From IMG/VR virus record IMGVR_UViG_2671181136_000012: a stretch of 11,511 nt of DNA; one strand, 5' to 3'. How positions within the stretch are numbered: position 1 is the first letter of the stretch; the number at the start of each line of letters is the position of its first letter. A model generated the notes under the pieces. It was not told the origin of the DNA and did not search any database. It worked only from the letters and a program-made list of their open reading frames with translations. The position numbers were made by a program, and so were the translations under genes. The DNA is from a virus (taxonomy: Duplodnaviria > Heunggongvirae > Uroviricota > Caudoviricetes). Below are positions 1 through 6,601 of this stretch, piece by piece.

Positions 1-477
1 CACTGGTTCAGTGCCAGTCAGTGGCAGCTACCGAACGAAAGCGATTATCTGAAATTACAGTCGCTGTTTGCCCGGGTGGCAGAAGAGAAACATCAGCGCG
101 GTGAACTGGAAAAGCCCCACCACCAGCTGGTGGATACGTATACGTCACTGAACCGGCAGTATGTGGAGCTGCAGAGTGAATATAAGCATCTGCGGCGGTA
201 TTTTGGTGTGACGGCGCAGGTGCCGTACACGGATGTGTGGACACATAAACCGGTGCAGTTCTATCCCGGGAAACATCCGTGCGAAAAACCGGCAGAAATG
301 CTGCAGCAGATAATCAGCGCAAGCAGTCGTCCGGGTGACCTGGTTGCAGATTTTTTTATGGGCTCAGGTTCAACGGTAAAAGCTGCACTGGCGCTCGGGC
401 GTCGTGCGATTGGCGTTGAACTGGAGACCGGACGTTTTGAGCAGACAGTCAGGGAAGTTCAGGATTTAATCGTTTGA
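1..477 (+). CDS. DNA N6-adenine/N4-cytosine methyltransferase (PF01555-like), C-terminal part; gene starts upstream of the window
   Basis: Frame 1 is open from base 1 to the stop at 475-477 (the track ORF 76..477 starts at an internal GTG). The translation carries the C-terminal AdoMet-binding motif DFFMGSGST (FxGxG) and an HPCEKP motif resembling the HPTQKP motif of beta-class amino-methyltransferases. No adjacent restriction gene is visible. Confidence 0.7.
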   Translation, partial: HWFSASQWQLPNESDYLKLQSLFARVAEEKHQRGELEKPHHQLVDTYTSLNRQYVELQSEYKHLRRYFGVTAQVPYTDVWTHKPVQFYPGKHPCEKPAEMLQQIISASSRPGDLVADFFMGSGSTVKAALALGRRAIGVELETGRFEQTVREVQDLIV

Positions 478-526
478 AACGGATGAGATTGCAGAATTAA
501 TTACGCACCATTATTATTCTGCTTCC

Positions 527-602
527 GGCCCTTTAGCTCAGTGGTGAGAGCGAGCGACTCATAATCGCCAGGTCGCTGGTTCAAATCCAGCAAGGGCCAC
601 CA
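527..602 (+). tRNA. ileZ: tRNA-Ile2 (anticodon CAU, lysidine-type), ileZ/ileX-like
   Basis: 76 nt with a 7-bp acceptor stem (GGCCCTT/AAGGGCC), anticodon loop CTCATAA, T-loop GGTTCAAATCC and encoded CCA. It is near-identical in pattern to E. coli ileX, and this position matches the ileZ tRNA of Stx phages. Confidence 0.85.
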
Positions 603-609
603 TCACAAA

Positions 610-689
610 CCGCCATTAGCTTATCAGGAAGAGCAGACGACACGATAACAGGGTTGTTGGTGCGGGGGCGGGTCTCCGATGGCGGTCCA
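610..689 (+). pseudogene. Degenerate tRNA-like remnant (possible argN-type pseudo-tRNA)
   Basis: A perfect 7-bp acceptor-like pairing CCGCCAT (610-616) / ATGGCGG (679-685) is followed by T + CCA, and the 5' part reads TAGCTTATCAGG, like a tRNA D-arm. I could not fold a canonical anticodon arm or T-arm. Confidence 0.25.
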
Positions 690-702
690 TTATCGGTATT
701 CA

Positions 703-779
703 GCGTTGTTAGCTCAGCCGGACAGAGCAATTGCCTTCTAAGCAATCGGTCACTGGTTCGAATCCAGTACAGCGCGCCA
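703..779 (+). tRNA. argO: tRNA-Arg (anticodon UCU), argO/argU-like
   Basis: 77 nt with acceptor stem GCGTTGT/ACAGCGC (one G-U pair), anticodon loop CTTCTAA, T-loop GGTTCGAATCC and 3' GCCA. It resembles E. coli argU. Confidence 0.85.
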
Positions 780-886
780 TATTCATTCTTCCAGATTCCT
801 TTCGGCAGAGCCTTATACTGAAATATACCTGGCTCAGGATATTGTTGAAAATATTATATGTTTGTCAAAAATAAAAGTTCTGTTAA

Positions 887-1243
887 GTGTTGATTGAGTG
901 TTTGTTATACGGTCTAATGGTTTTTTCAGCATTAAATATTTATCATTCATATGGTGTGGGTAGAGTGAATATTGATGAGGCGTCGGGGTGTTTCATCCTT
1001 AGGCAGCGTATTGATATAGTCAATGCAGAACGAGCAAAGGCCTTCAGCCGTTTGACAGTTTTGTTCTGTACTCCTGATCGTCTTTCGGGAAGAGACGTTA
1101 TTATTCTGAATAGTGATGCTATACAGAGGGTTTGCGATGAGTTCATGGTGGCTAATTCAGAATTATTTGCTCTTGTTCAGGAGTACAACAGAATAGCCAG
1201 GACCTGTGGTATGGATGAACTTCGGATTACTCATCTGGGGTAG
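887..1243 (+). CDS. Hypothetical protein (118 aa from GTG 887; alternative start ATG 917)
   Basis: Six-frame ORF in an AT-rich segment directly after the tRNAs. There is no convincing Shine-Dalgarno sequence and no motif I recognise. Confidence 0.35.
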   Translation: MLIECLLYGLMVFSALNIYHSYGVGRVNIDEASGCFILRQRIDIVNAERAKAFSRLTVLFCTPDRLSGRDVIILNSDAIQRVCDEFMVANSELFALVQEYNRIARTCGMDELRITHLG

Positions 1244-1635
1244 ATACATATCTGGATTATCACCGGTTACGGTAAAAAGTGATTGCTTACTGTTTTTGTG
1301 AATGGCATTGCAGCAGCCGGATAATGTCAGTGCTGGCTGACGGTGTGCTGGTGGCGGGTGTGGTGGTTGCTGCTTTCCCGTTGCTGAAAAAGAAAACGCC
1401 AGACTGTTAGCCGGGTATCAGTTAGCGGGAGAAATTTTTAAATACTTCACAATTCAGGCGGTTGATTGTTGTCTGGTTTGCGGGGAGTTTGTTAAAAGAA
1501 ACTGGCATGGTGAATCCCCCTGTGCGGAGGGGCAATCAGCGAGTAGGTATATGGGATAATCGCGGATTCAGGTGCTGGTACTGAATTCACCGGGAGGCAC
1601 CCGGCACCATGCAATGGCACATAGCGCCACTCTCC

Positions 1636-1665
1636 AGCCCCTCTCCGGAGGGGCTGTTTATATTG
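1636..1665 (+). terminator. Rho-independent terminator-like hairpin
   Basis: Perfect 8-bp stem AGCCCCTC / GAGGGGCT with a 4-nt loop (TCCG), followed by a T-rich tract GTTTATATTGATTTT. Confidence 0.5.
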
Positions 1666-1690
1666 ATTTTGTCAGATGTGAGTAAACTCC

Positions 1691-2026
1691 TTATGGACTT
1701 TGTTGTTTTAGCCCATAAGGACATATTTGCAGAGTGCAACGGTTATTAAAGCATTCATTCAATACGTTATCTGTATTTGTAGGGCATTCCTGGCTGTTTT
1801 TGATTAAATTCCAGAATGTTTTATTGAATGGTACTACGTTGTAAATGGTTACAGGCAGCACTTTGTTATTGAGCATGATGCCTGTGTGAGTCAGTGTAAA
1901 TATACTTTCAGGAGGTAAGAAAGCATCCGATTGATACCAGATTATTAATTTTATTTTACTCCATATGACTGAAAAAGATATTCCGCATGATGGCTGGATA
2001 ACTGTATCAATCACAATCCACTTCAT
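1691..2026 (-). CDS. Hypothetical Cys-containing small protein (111 aa), AT-rich moron
   Basis: ORF on the minus strand with a good RBS (AAGGA, 6 nt before ATG at 2026). The gene is markedly AT-rich compared with its neighbours and is followed by a very AT-rich upstream region (2027-2270). Product has several Cys in the C-terminal half; no family recognised. Confidence 0.5.
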   Translation of the reverse strand: MKWIVIDTVIQPSCGISFSVIWSKIKLIIWYQSDAFLPPESIFTLTHTGIMLNNKVLPVTIYNVVPFNKTFWNLIKNSQECPTNTDNVLNECFNNRCTLQICPYGLKQQSP

Positions 2027-2286
2027 TTAGTTTCCTTGTTTATGCCTTGCTGGTGATGTTCTGAAAAGTATAAATGATATTTTTGATTGTAAACCATAGA
2101 GCAGAATTATTTTTCTGATGTTGTTTATTGTTTATTTAAATGCAGGGTGGTTTATATCTCGTCTTGTAGTTTATCCATGCATATCTGCTTGATGATGAGG
2201 TTTTTAATTAAGGTATGGTTTTGTGTTTTTTCTGTATTACATGTCAGGTATTTTAAAGAATCATTTTTCAGATGGTGGAAAGAACC

Positions 2287-4140
2287 ATGGCATTTAAACA
2301 CTATGATGTTGTCAGGGCGGCGTCGCCGTCAGATCTTGCGGAAAAGCTGACACATAAACTGAAAGAGGGCTGGCAGCCGTTTGGTAGTCCGGTGGCCATA
2401 ACCCCTTATACCCTGATGCAGGCGATTGCAGCAGAAGGTGATGTGGTCGTCAGTGGTGCAACTGAGCCGGAGTGGTACTACGTCATCGTACTGGCCGGGC
2501 AATCCAATGCCATGGCTTACGGTGAAGGGCTTCCGCTTCCGGATTCATACGATGCGCCCCATCCGCGCATTAAGCAACTGGCCCGTCGTAACACAGTGAC
2601 TCCCGGTGGTGAAGTATGCGTATTTAACGACATCATTCCTGCTGACCATTGTCTGCATGATGTTCAGGATATGAGTACGATTAACCATCCCCGGGCTGAC
2701 CTGAGCAAAGGGCAGTACGGCTGTGTCGGACAGGGCTTACATATTGCCAAAAAACTGCTTCCGTATATCCCTAATAATGCGGGGATCCTGCTGGTACCAT
2801 GCTGTCGTGGTGGTTCGGCATTCACCCAGGGCACGGAGGGGACATTCAGCGAGTCCACGGGGGCCAGTCAGGATTCGGCTCGCTGGGGAGTGGGTAAGCC
2901 GTTATATCAGGATCTGCTTTTCCGCACGAAGGCAGCATTGCAGAAAAACCCGAAAAACGTTTTGCTGGCGATATGCTGGATGCAGGGGGAATTCGATATG
3001 ACGAATGCCAGTTACGCCCAGCAGCCAGCAGCATTTCTTGCAATGGTACAGCAGTTCCGTGCTGACCTTGCCGGGCTGGCGGCGCAGTGTCACGGTGGAA
3101 GTCCGGCATCAGTCCCCTGGATTTGTGGCGACACGACATACGCGTGGAAACAAGAACACGGTACGCAATATGAAGTGGTATATGGTGCATATAAAGGTAA
3201 AGAATCCCAGCAGATTTATTTTGTTCCCTTTATGACCGATGGTAGCGGAGTTAATACACCGACAAACAACCCGTCAGAAGATCCTGATATTGCCGGGTCT
3301 GGTTATTACGGTTCGGCATCCCGAACGAACAAAAACTGGGTATCATCAAATCGCCCGACGCATTTCAGCTCATGGGCGCGTCGTGGCATTATTCCCGATC
3401 GTATGGCAACTGCTATTCTGAACGTAGCCGGTCGCACCTTAGCCTTCATTAGTGGTAAGGCACCGGAAATCAAACCCTCGCCCGGCGGCGACACGCCATC
3501 GGGGCCGTCTGAAGATGCATCCGTACGCACAATCTCCCTGTTGCCGACAGCCGGAGATGCTGCTGCGCAGGGCTGGAGCATTAAGAATGGCGGAATTCAG
3601 TTGTCAGATGGTGTATTTAAGATCACCAAGCAGAGCAATAAAGCCTGGTCCCTGACGCGCCCGGTGGATGACGCAGTCTCCCTGCTGACACGGGGTGGCA
3701 GACTGAGCTGTAAGTTTCGACTGTCAGGCGCACTGACCAACAATCAGTTCGGTCTGGGAATTTATCTGTATACCGATGTAGCGTTACCTGACGTCGTGGC
3801 GATGACCGGGACTGGTAACCCGTTCCTGATGTCGTTCTTCACCCAGACCACAGACGGCAAACTGAATCTGATGCATCACAGGAAAGCAGGAAACACAAAG
3901 TTGGGCGAGTTCGGGAATTACAGTAACGACTGGCAGACGCTGGAGCTGGTGTTCACCGCCGGCAGTGCCACGGTTACTCCGAAACTGAATGGAGTGGCTG
4001 GCCCGGCATTCCAGGTCATAAAAGACAGTCTGACACTGGGGCTGAATGCGCTGACGCTGACGGATATTACCAAAAATGCAACGTATGGCGTTGAGATAGA
4101 AAGTCTGGTGCTGGAGATAAATGCACCGGCATCATCATAA
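2287..4140 (+). CDS. nanS-p: Prophage sialate O-acetylesterase NanS-p-like (DUF1737 N-terminal region + SASA/SGNH esterase + C-terminal lectin-like domain)
   Basis: The N-terminus MAFKHYDVVRAASPSDL is DUF1737-like and is followed by the GQSNA esterase motif typical of SASA-family 9-O-acetylneuraminate esterases. Gene position (after the tRNA/stx locus, before the holin) is as in Stx and related lambdoid phages. Start taken at ATG 2287 (GGTGGAAAG upstream); the track ORF begins at ATG 2272 without an RBS. Confidence 0.8.
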   Translation: MAFKHYDVVRAASPSDLAEKLTHKLKEGWQPFGSPVAITPYTLMQAIAAEGDVVVSGATEPEWYYVIVLAGQSNAMAYGEGLPLPDSYDAPHPRIKQLARRNTVTPGGEVCVFNDIIPADHCLHDVQDMSTINHPRADLSKGQYGCVGQGLHIAKKLLPYIPNNAGILLVPCCRGGSAFTQGTEGTFSESTGASQDSARWGVGKPLYQDLLFRTKAALQKNPKNVLLAICWMQGEFDMTNASYAQQPAAFLAMVQQFRADLAGLAAQCHGGSPASVPWICGDTTYAWKQEHGTQYEVVYGAYKGKESQQIYFVPFMTDGSGVNTPTNNPSEDPDIAGSGYYGSASRTNKNWVSSNRPTHFSSWARRGIIPDRMATAILNVAGRTLAFISGKAPEIKPSPGGDTPSGPSEDASVRTISLLPTAGDAAAQGWSIKNGGIQLSDGVFKITKQSNKAWSLTRPVDDAVSLLTRGGRLSCKFRLSGALTNNQFGLGIYLYTDVALPDVVAMTGTGNPFLMSFFTQTTDGKLNLMHHRKAGNTKLGEFGNYSNDWQTLELVFTAGSATVTPKLNGVAGPAFQVIKDSLTLGLNALTLTDITKNATYGVEIESLVLEINAPASS

Positions 4141-4225
4141 AAAGTGAGCCAGTCAAATGGAAGGTATCGTTAAACTCACCGGTAGTGTCAGTGGGTCGTC
4201 TGAGATGCCTGCATGAGTTATCAGA

Positions 4226-4256
4226 GCCATCAGTACTTAACTGGTGGCTTTTTTTA
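4226..4256 (+). terminator. Rho-independent terminator-like hairpin upstream of the holin
   Basis: Stem GCCATCAG / CTGGTGGC (one G-U pair), 7-nt loop, then TTTTTTTATT. Confidence 0.45.
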
Positions 4257-4290
4257 TTGTTGTCAGCTTCCGGATAACGGGAGACGGGGT

Positions 4291-4506
4291 ATGTACCAGA
4301 TGGAAAAAATCACAACAGGTGTGTCATACACCACGTCAGCGGTGGGAACGGGCTACTGGTTCCTGCAGTTGCTGGACAGGGTTTCCCCGTCTCAGTGGGC
4401 GGCAATAGGCGTGCTGGGGAGTCTGCTGTTTGGGCTGCTGACATATCTGACTAACCTGTATTTCAAAATCAGAGAGGACCGTCGTAAGGCTGCACGGGGA
4501 GAGTAA
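4291..4506 (+). CDS. S: Phage holin, S21-like pinholin (class II, two TMDs) with dual-start motif
   Basis: 71 aa [71 protein letters not shown], closely resembling the phage 21 / Stx-phage holin. Two in-frame Met codons at 4291 and 4300 give the antiholin/holin dual start. RBS GGGAG at 4278-4282. The track ORF from 4213 overlaps the terminator hairpin and is probably not the real start. Confidence 0.85.
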   Translation: MYQMEKITTGVSYTTSAVGTGYWFLQLLDRVSPSQWAAIGVLGSLLFGLLTYLTNLYFKIREDRRKAARGE

Positions 4507-4510
4507 TTCA

Positions 4511-5317
4511 ATGACTCAAAACTATGAACTGATTGTGAAAGGGATCCGCAATTTTGAGAATAAAGTTACGGTAACTTTAGCGTTACGGGACAAAAAACGC
4601 TTTGACGGTGAAATTTTTGACCTGGACATCTCGCTGGACCGTGTTGAAGGTGCCGCGCTGGAGGTTTATGAGGCAGCAGCCAGAAGGAGCATCAGACAGG
4701 TCTTCCTGGATGTTGCTGCCGGGTTATGTGAAGGGGATGAGCTGTCGCCGGAAAAGCGCCCCATAATTTTAGAGGCGCAGGATGTGTTGATAACCTACAA
4801 AGGAAAGCTACCGGGAAGAATTACTGGTTCTCTGAAGATGCCGCCGTCAACACTGCGGTCAGAAAAAGAGGCGTCTTGTCTGCAGTCTGAGTACTCCATT
4901 ACGGTTAAAAGTGCCGGAGAGGAAGGAAATAAACGTTATTTTATTGCGTCTGCACCTGATAAAGATCAGGAATGGGAGTGTAACCGGCCATCCTTTGTTG
5001 TATACGGAGATGGCGGGAAAATAACCATCTCAGAAAATGGGAAATTAACACCGCCATCGCACCAGCATAGTGAGGCGCTCATTGAATTTGCCATTGATTA
5101 CCTGAAGAACAATAAAAAGCAGGGGCTGATGAAGCGCATTGGTCGTTGCATGGGATATCTGCAGGTAGCAGCTGAGATTGAAATGATGGCCAGTGGTGCT
5201 GACAATGATGCAGTTGTGCTGGAGGCTCTTCTGCGTGATTTTGATAATACGCCCTTTAAGAAAGCACCTGTTGACTGGATGCAGCCGGGGATGACTTATC
5301 TGAAAGGGCGTATATAA
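4511..5317 (+). CDS. Hypothetical protein, 268 aa, inserted between holin and endolysin
   Basis: Clean 807-nt ORF with RBS GGGGAGAG (4493-4500) and a start 4 nt after the holin stop, so it is translationally placed in the late operon. Predicted soluble; no motif I recognise. Confidence 0.6.
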   Translation: MTQNYELIVKGIRNFENKVTVTLALRDKKRFDGEIFDLDISLDRVEGAALEVYEAAARRSIRQVFLDVAAGLCEGDELSPEKRPIILEAQDVLITYKGKLPGRITGSLKMPPSTLRSEKEASCLQSEYSITVKSAGEEGNKRYFIASAPDKDQEWECNRPSFVVYGDGGKITISENGKLTPPSHQHSEALIEFAIDYLKNNKKQGLMKRIGRCMGYLQVAAEIEMMASGADNDAVVLEALLRDFDNTPFKKAPVDWMQPGMTYLKGRI

Positions 5318-5326
5318 GGTGGCTCG

Positions 5327-5641
5327 TTATCTGTTGCTGGATAATCGACTGAAGATGCGTTCTTTTTGTGTTTTTGCGTAATGATTGTCCCACTCACAAT
5401 CAAGGTAGCTTAATTCTTCATTCAACCAGTTATTTATATTGGTCTTAATACGCATAAGCATGGGCTGTGTTAATGCTCTGGCGATAATGCCGAGAGTCAC
5501 AGGTGTGAGATGTCCATACGGCTCAGCCTGAATGGATTTTACTGCATCGTGTTCTTGTGGGAGGAGTAAGAGGCACTCTGATTTTACCCGCTCATTTATG
5601 GCTTGCAGGCATAAATCATAATTATGTTGATCGTTATGCAT
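5327..5641 (-). CDS. Hypothetical protein, 104 aa, convergent with the 268-aa gene
   Basis: Minus-strand ORF with a good RBS (AGGA, 6 nt before ATG at 5641). Its stop lies 9 bp from the stop of the 268-aa gene. AT-richer than the flanking lysis genes. Confidence 0.55.
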   Translation of the reverse strand: MHNDQHNYDLCLQAINERVKSECLLLLPQEHDAVKSIQAEPYGHLTPVTLGIIARALTQPMLMRIKTNINNWLNEELSYLDCEWDNHYAKTQKERIFSRLSSNR

Positions 5642-5769
5642 GGTTAATCCTCTACTGAAATTGTCAGATATATTTCAGCCATCAGGAAAAACGCCAGTGT
5701 CCTACCGCTGGCGGGCTGAAGATTTAACATATCCAGGGATTCGGAACCGATAAATCCTGATAAATATCC

Positions 5770-6303
5770 ATGAACACCAAAATCAAATATGGCCTGTCGG
5801 CTGCCGTTCTGGCGTTGATTGCCATCGGTGCGCCTGCGCCTGATATTCTCGACCAGTTTCTGGATGAAAAAGAAGGTAACCACACAACGGCATACCGTGA
5901 TGGTGCGGGTATCTGGACCATCTGCCGCGGTGCCACAATGGTGGATGGTAAACCTGTTATTCCGGGCATGAAACTGTCGAAGGAAAAATGCGACCAGGTT
6001 AATGCCATTGAACGGGATAAGGCGCTGGCATGGGTGGAGCGCAATATTAAAGTTCCACTGACCGAACCACAGAAAGCGGGTATAGCGTCATTCTGTCCCT
6101 ATAACATTGGCCCCGGTAAGTGTTTCCCGTCGACGTTTTATAAGCGGCTGAATGCTGGTGACCGCAGGGGAGCGTGTGAGGCGATTCGCTGGTGGATTAA
6201 GGACGGTGGCAGAGACTGCCGTATTCGTTCAAACAACTGCTACGGTCAGGTATCCCGTCGTGACCAGGAGAGCGCGCTGGCGTGCTGGGGTATCGACAGA
6301 TAA
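5770..6303 (+). CDS. R: SAR endolysin (lysozyme R, glycoside hydrolase family 24, R21-like)
   Basis: N-terminal signal-anchor-release segment MNTKIKYGLSAAVLALIAIGAPA and catalytic E-x8-D-x5-T motif (EGNHTTAYRDGAGIWT). 177 aa, as in Stx-phage and phage 21 R. Confidence 0.85.
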   Translation: MNTKIKYGLSAAVLALIAIGAPAPDILDQFLDEKEGNHTTAYRDGAGIWTICRGATMVDGKPVIPGMKLSKEKCDQVNAIERDKALAWVERNIKVPLTEPQKAGIASFCPYNIGPGKCFPSTFYKRLNAGDRRGACEAIRWWIKDGGRDCRIRSNNCYGQVSRRDQESALACWGIDR

Positions 6304-6392
6304 GCAGAATATTTTGCTGAAAAATAAGGCATGGCCACGCGGGCGGATAACATGAAATCCTGCGAACTGGCGAAACGTAAGTGAATAAAAGT

Positions 6393-6430
6393 AAAAACCC
6401 CGTTTGTTGGCACCAAGCGGGGTTTTGTGT
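6393..6430. terminator. Strong rho-independent terminator-like hairpin, potentially bidirectional
   Basis: AAAAA, then stem CCCCGTTTG / CAAGCGGGG (9 bp, one G-U) with a 7-nt loop, then TTTTGTGTTT. The A-tract upstream and T-tract downstream allow function on either strand. Confidence 0.55.
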
Positions 6431-6462
6431 TTCCTGACTCCGGAAAAGTCAAAGGAGAAAGT

Positions 6463-6600
6463 GTGTTTGATTTTAGCAAACTGATTCGGGAGATTCGAGT
6501 GATGGCTGAAAAATTATCCACCTGGAAGTTCATTCTTATCTGGCTGGTGTTTGTGATTATGGCCTCCGGTTATTTCATCGGTCAGATACGCTGGTGGTGA
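6463..6600 (+). CDS. Small hydrophobic membrane protein (45 aa from GTG 6463, or 32 aa from ATG 6502), translationally coupled to Rz
   Basis: RBS AAAGGAG (6451-6457) 5 nt before GTG 6463. Product ...MAEKLSTWKFILIWLVFVIMASGYFIGQIRWW has one predicted TM helix. Its stop TGA (6598-6600) is 1 nt from the Rz ATG (6602). Too short to appear in the ORF track. Confidence 0.35.
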   Translation: MFDFSKLIREIRVMAEKLSTWKFILIWLVFVIMASGYFIGQIRWW

Positions 6601-6601
6601 A

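Noticed and set aside
8-244. 78-aa minus-strand ORF
   Set aside because: Lies entirely inside the methyltransferase coding frame on the opposite strand, with no RBS; it looks like a chance antisense ORF.
943-1146. 67-aa minus-strand ORF
   Set aside because: Antisense to the 887..1243 ORF with no translation signals; cannot be distinguished from chance.
2147-2350. 67-aa + ORF overlapping the nanS-p start
   Set aside because: Lies in the AT-rich promoter region and runs into nanS-p in another frame; no RBS.
2664-3655. Cluster of ORFs on both strands inside nanS-p (2664..2858, 2723..3001, 2846..3190, 2902..3093, 3005..3235, 3239..3421, 3306..3581, 3452..3655)
   Set aside because: All are nested in alternative frames of a long, well-supported esterase gene and show no independent signals.
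5644-6044. Minus-strand ORFs 5644..5883 and 5724..6044
   Set aside because: They overlap the SAR endolysin gene in antisense. The real minus-strand gene in this area is 5327..5641, which has the RBS.
6152-6533. ORFs 6152..6355 (+) and 6246..6533 (-)
   Set aside because: The first is an out-of-frame overlap with the endolysin 3' end. The second spans the terminator hairpin and is antisense to the small TM ORF; neither has an RBS.
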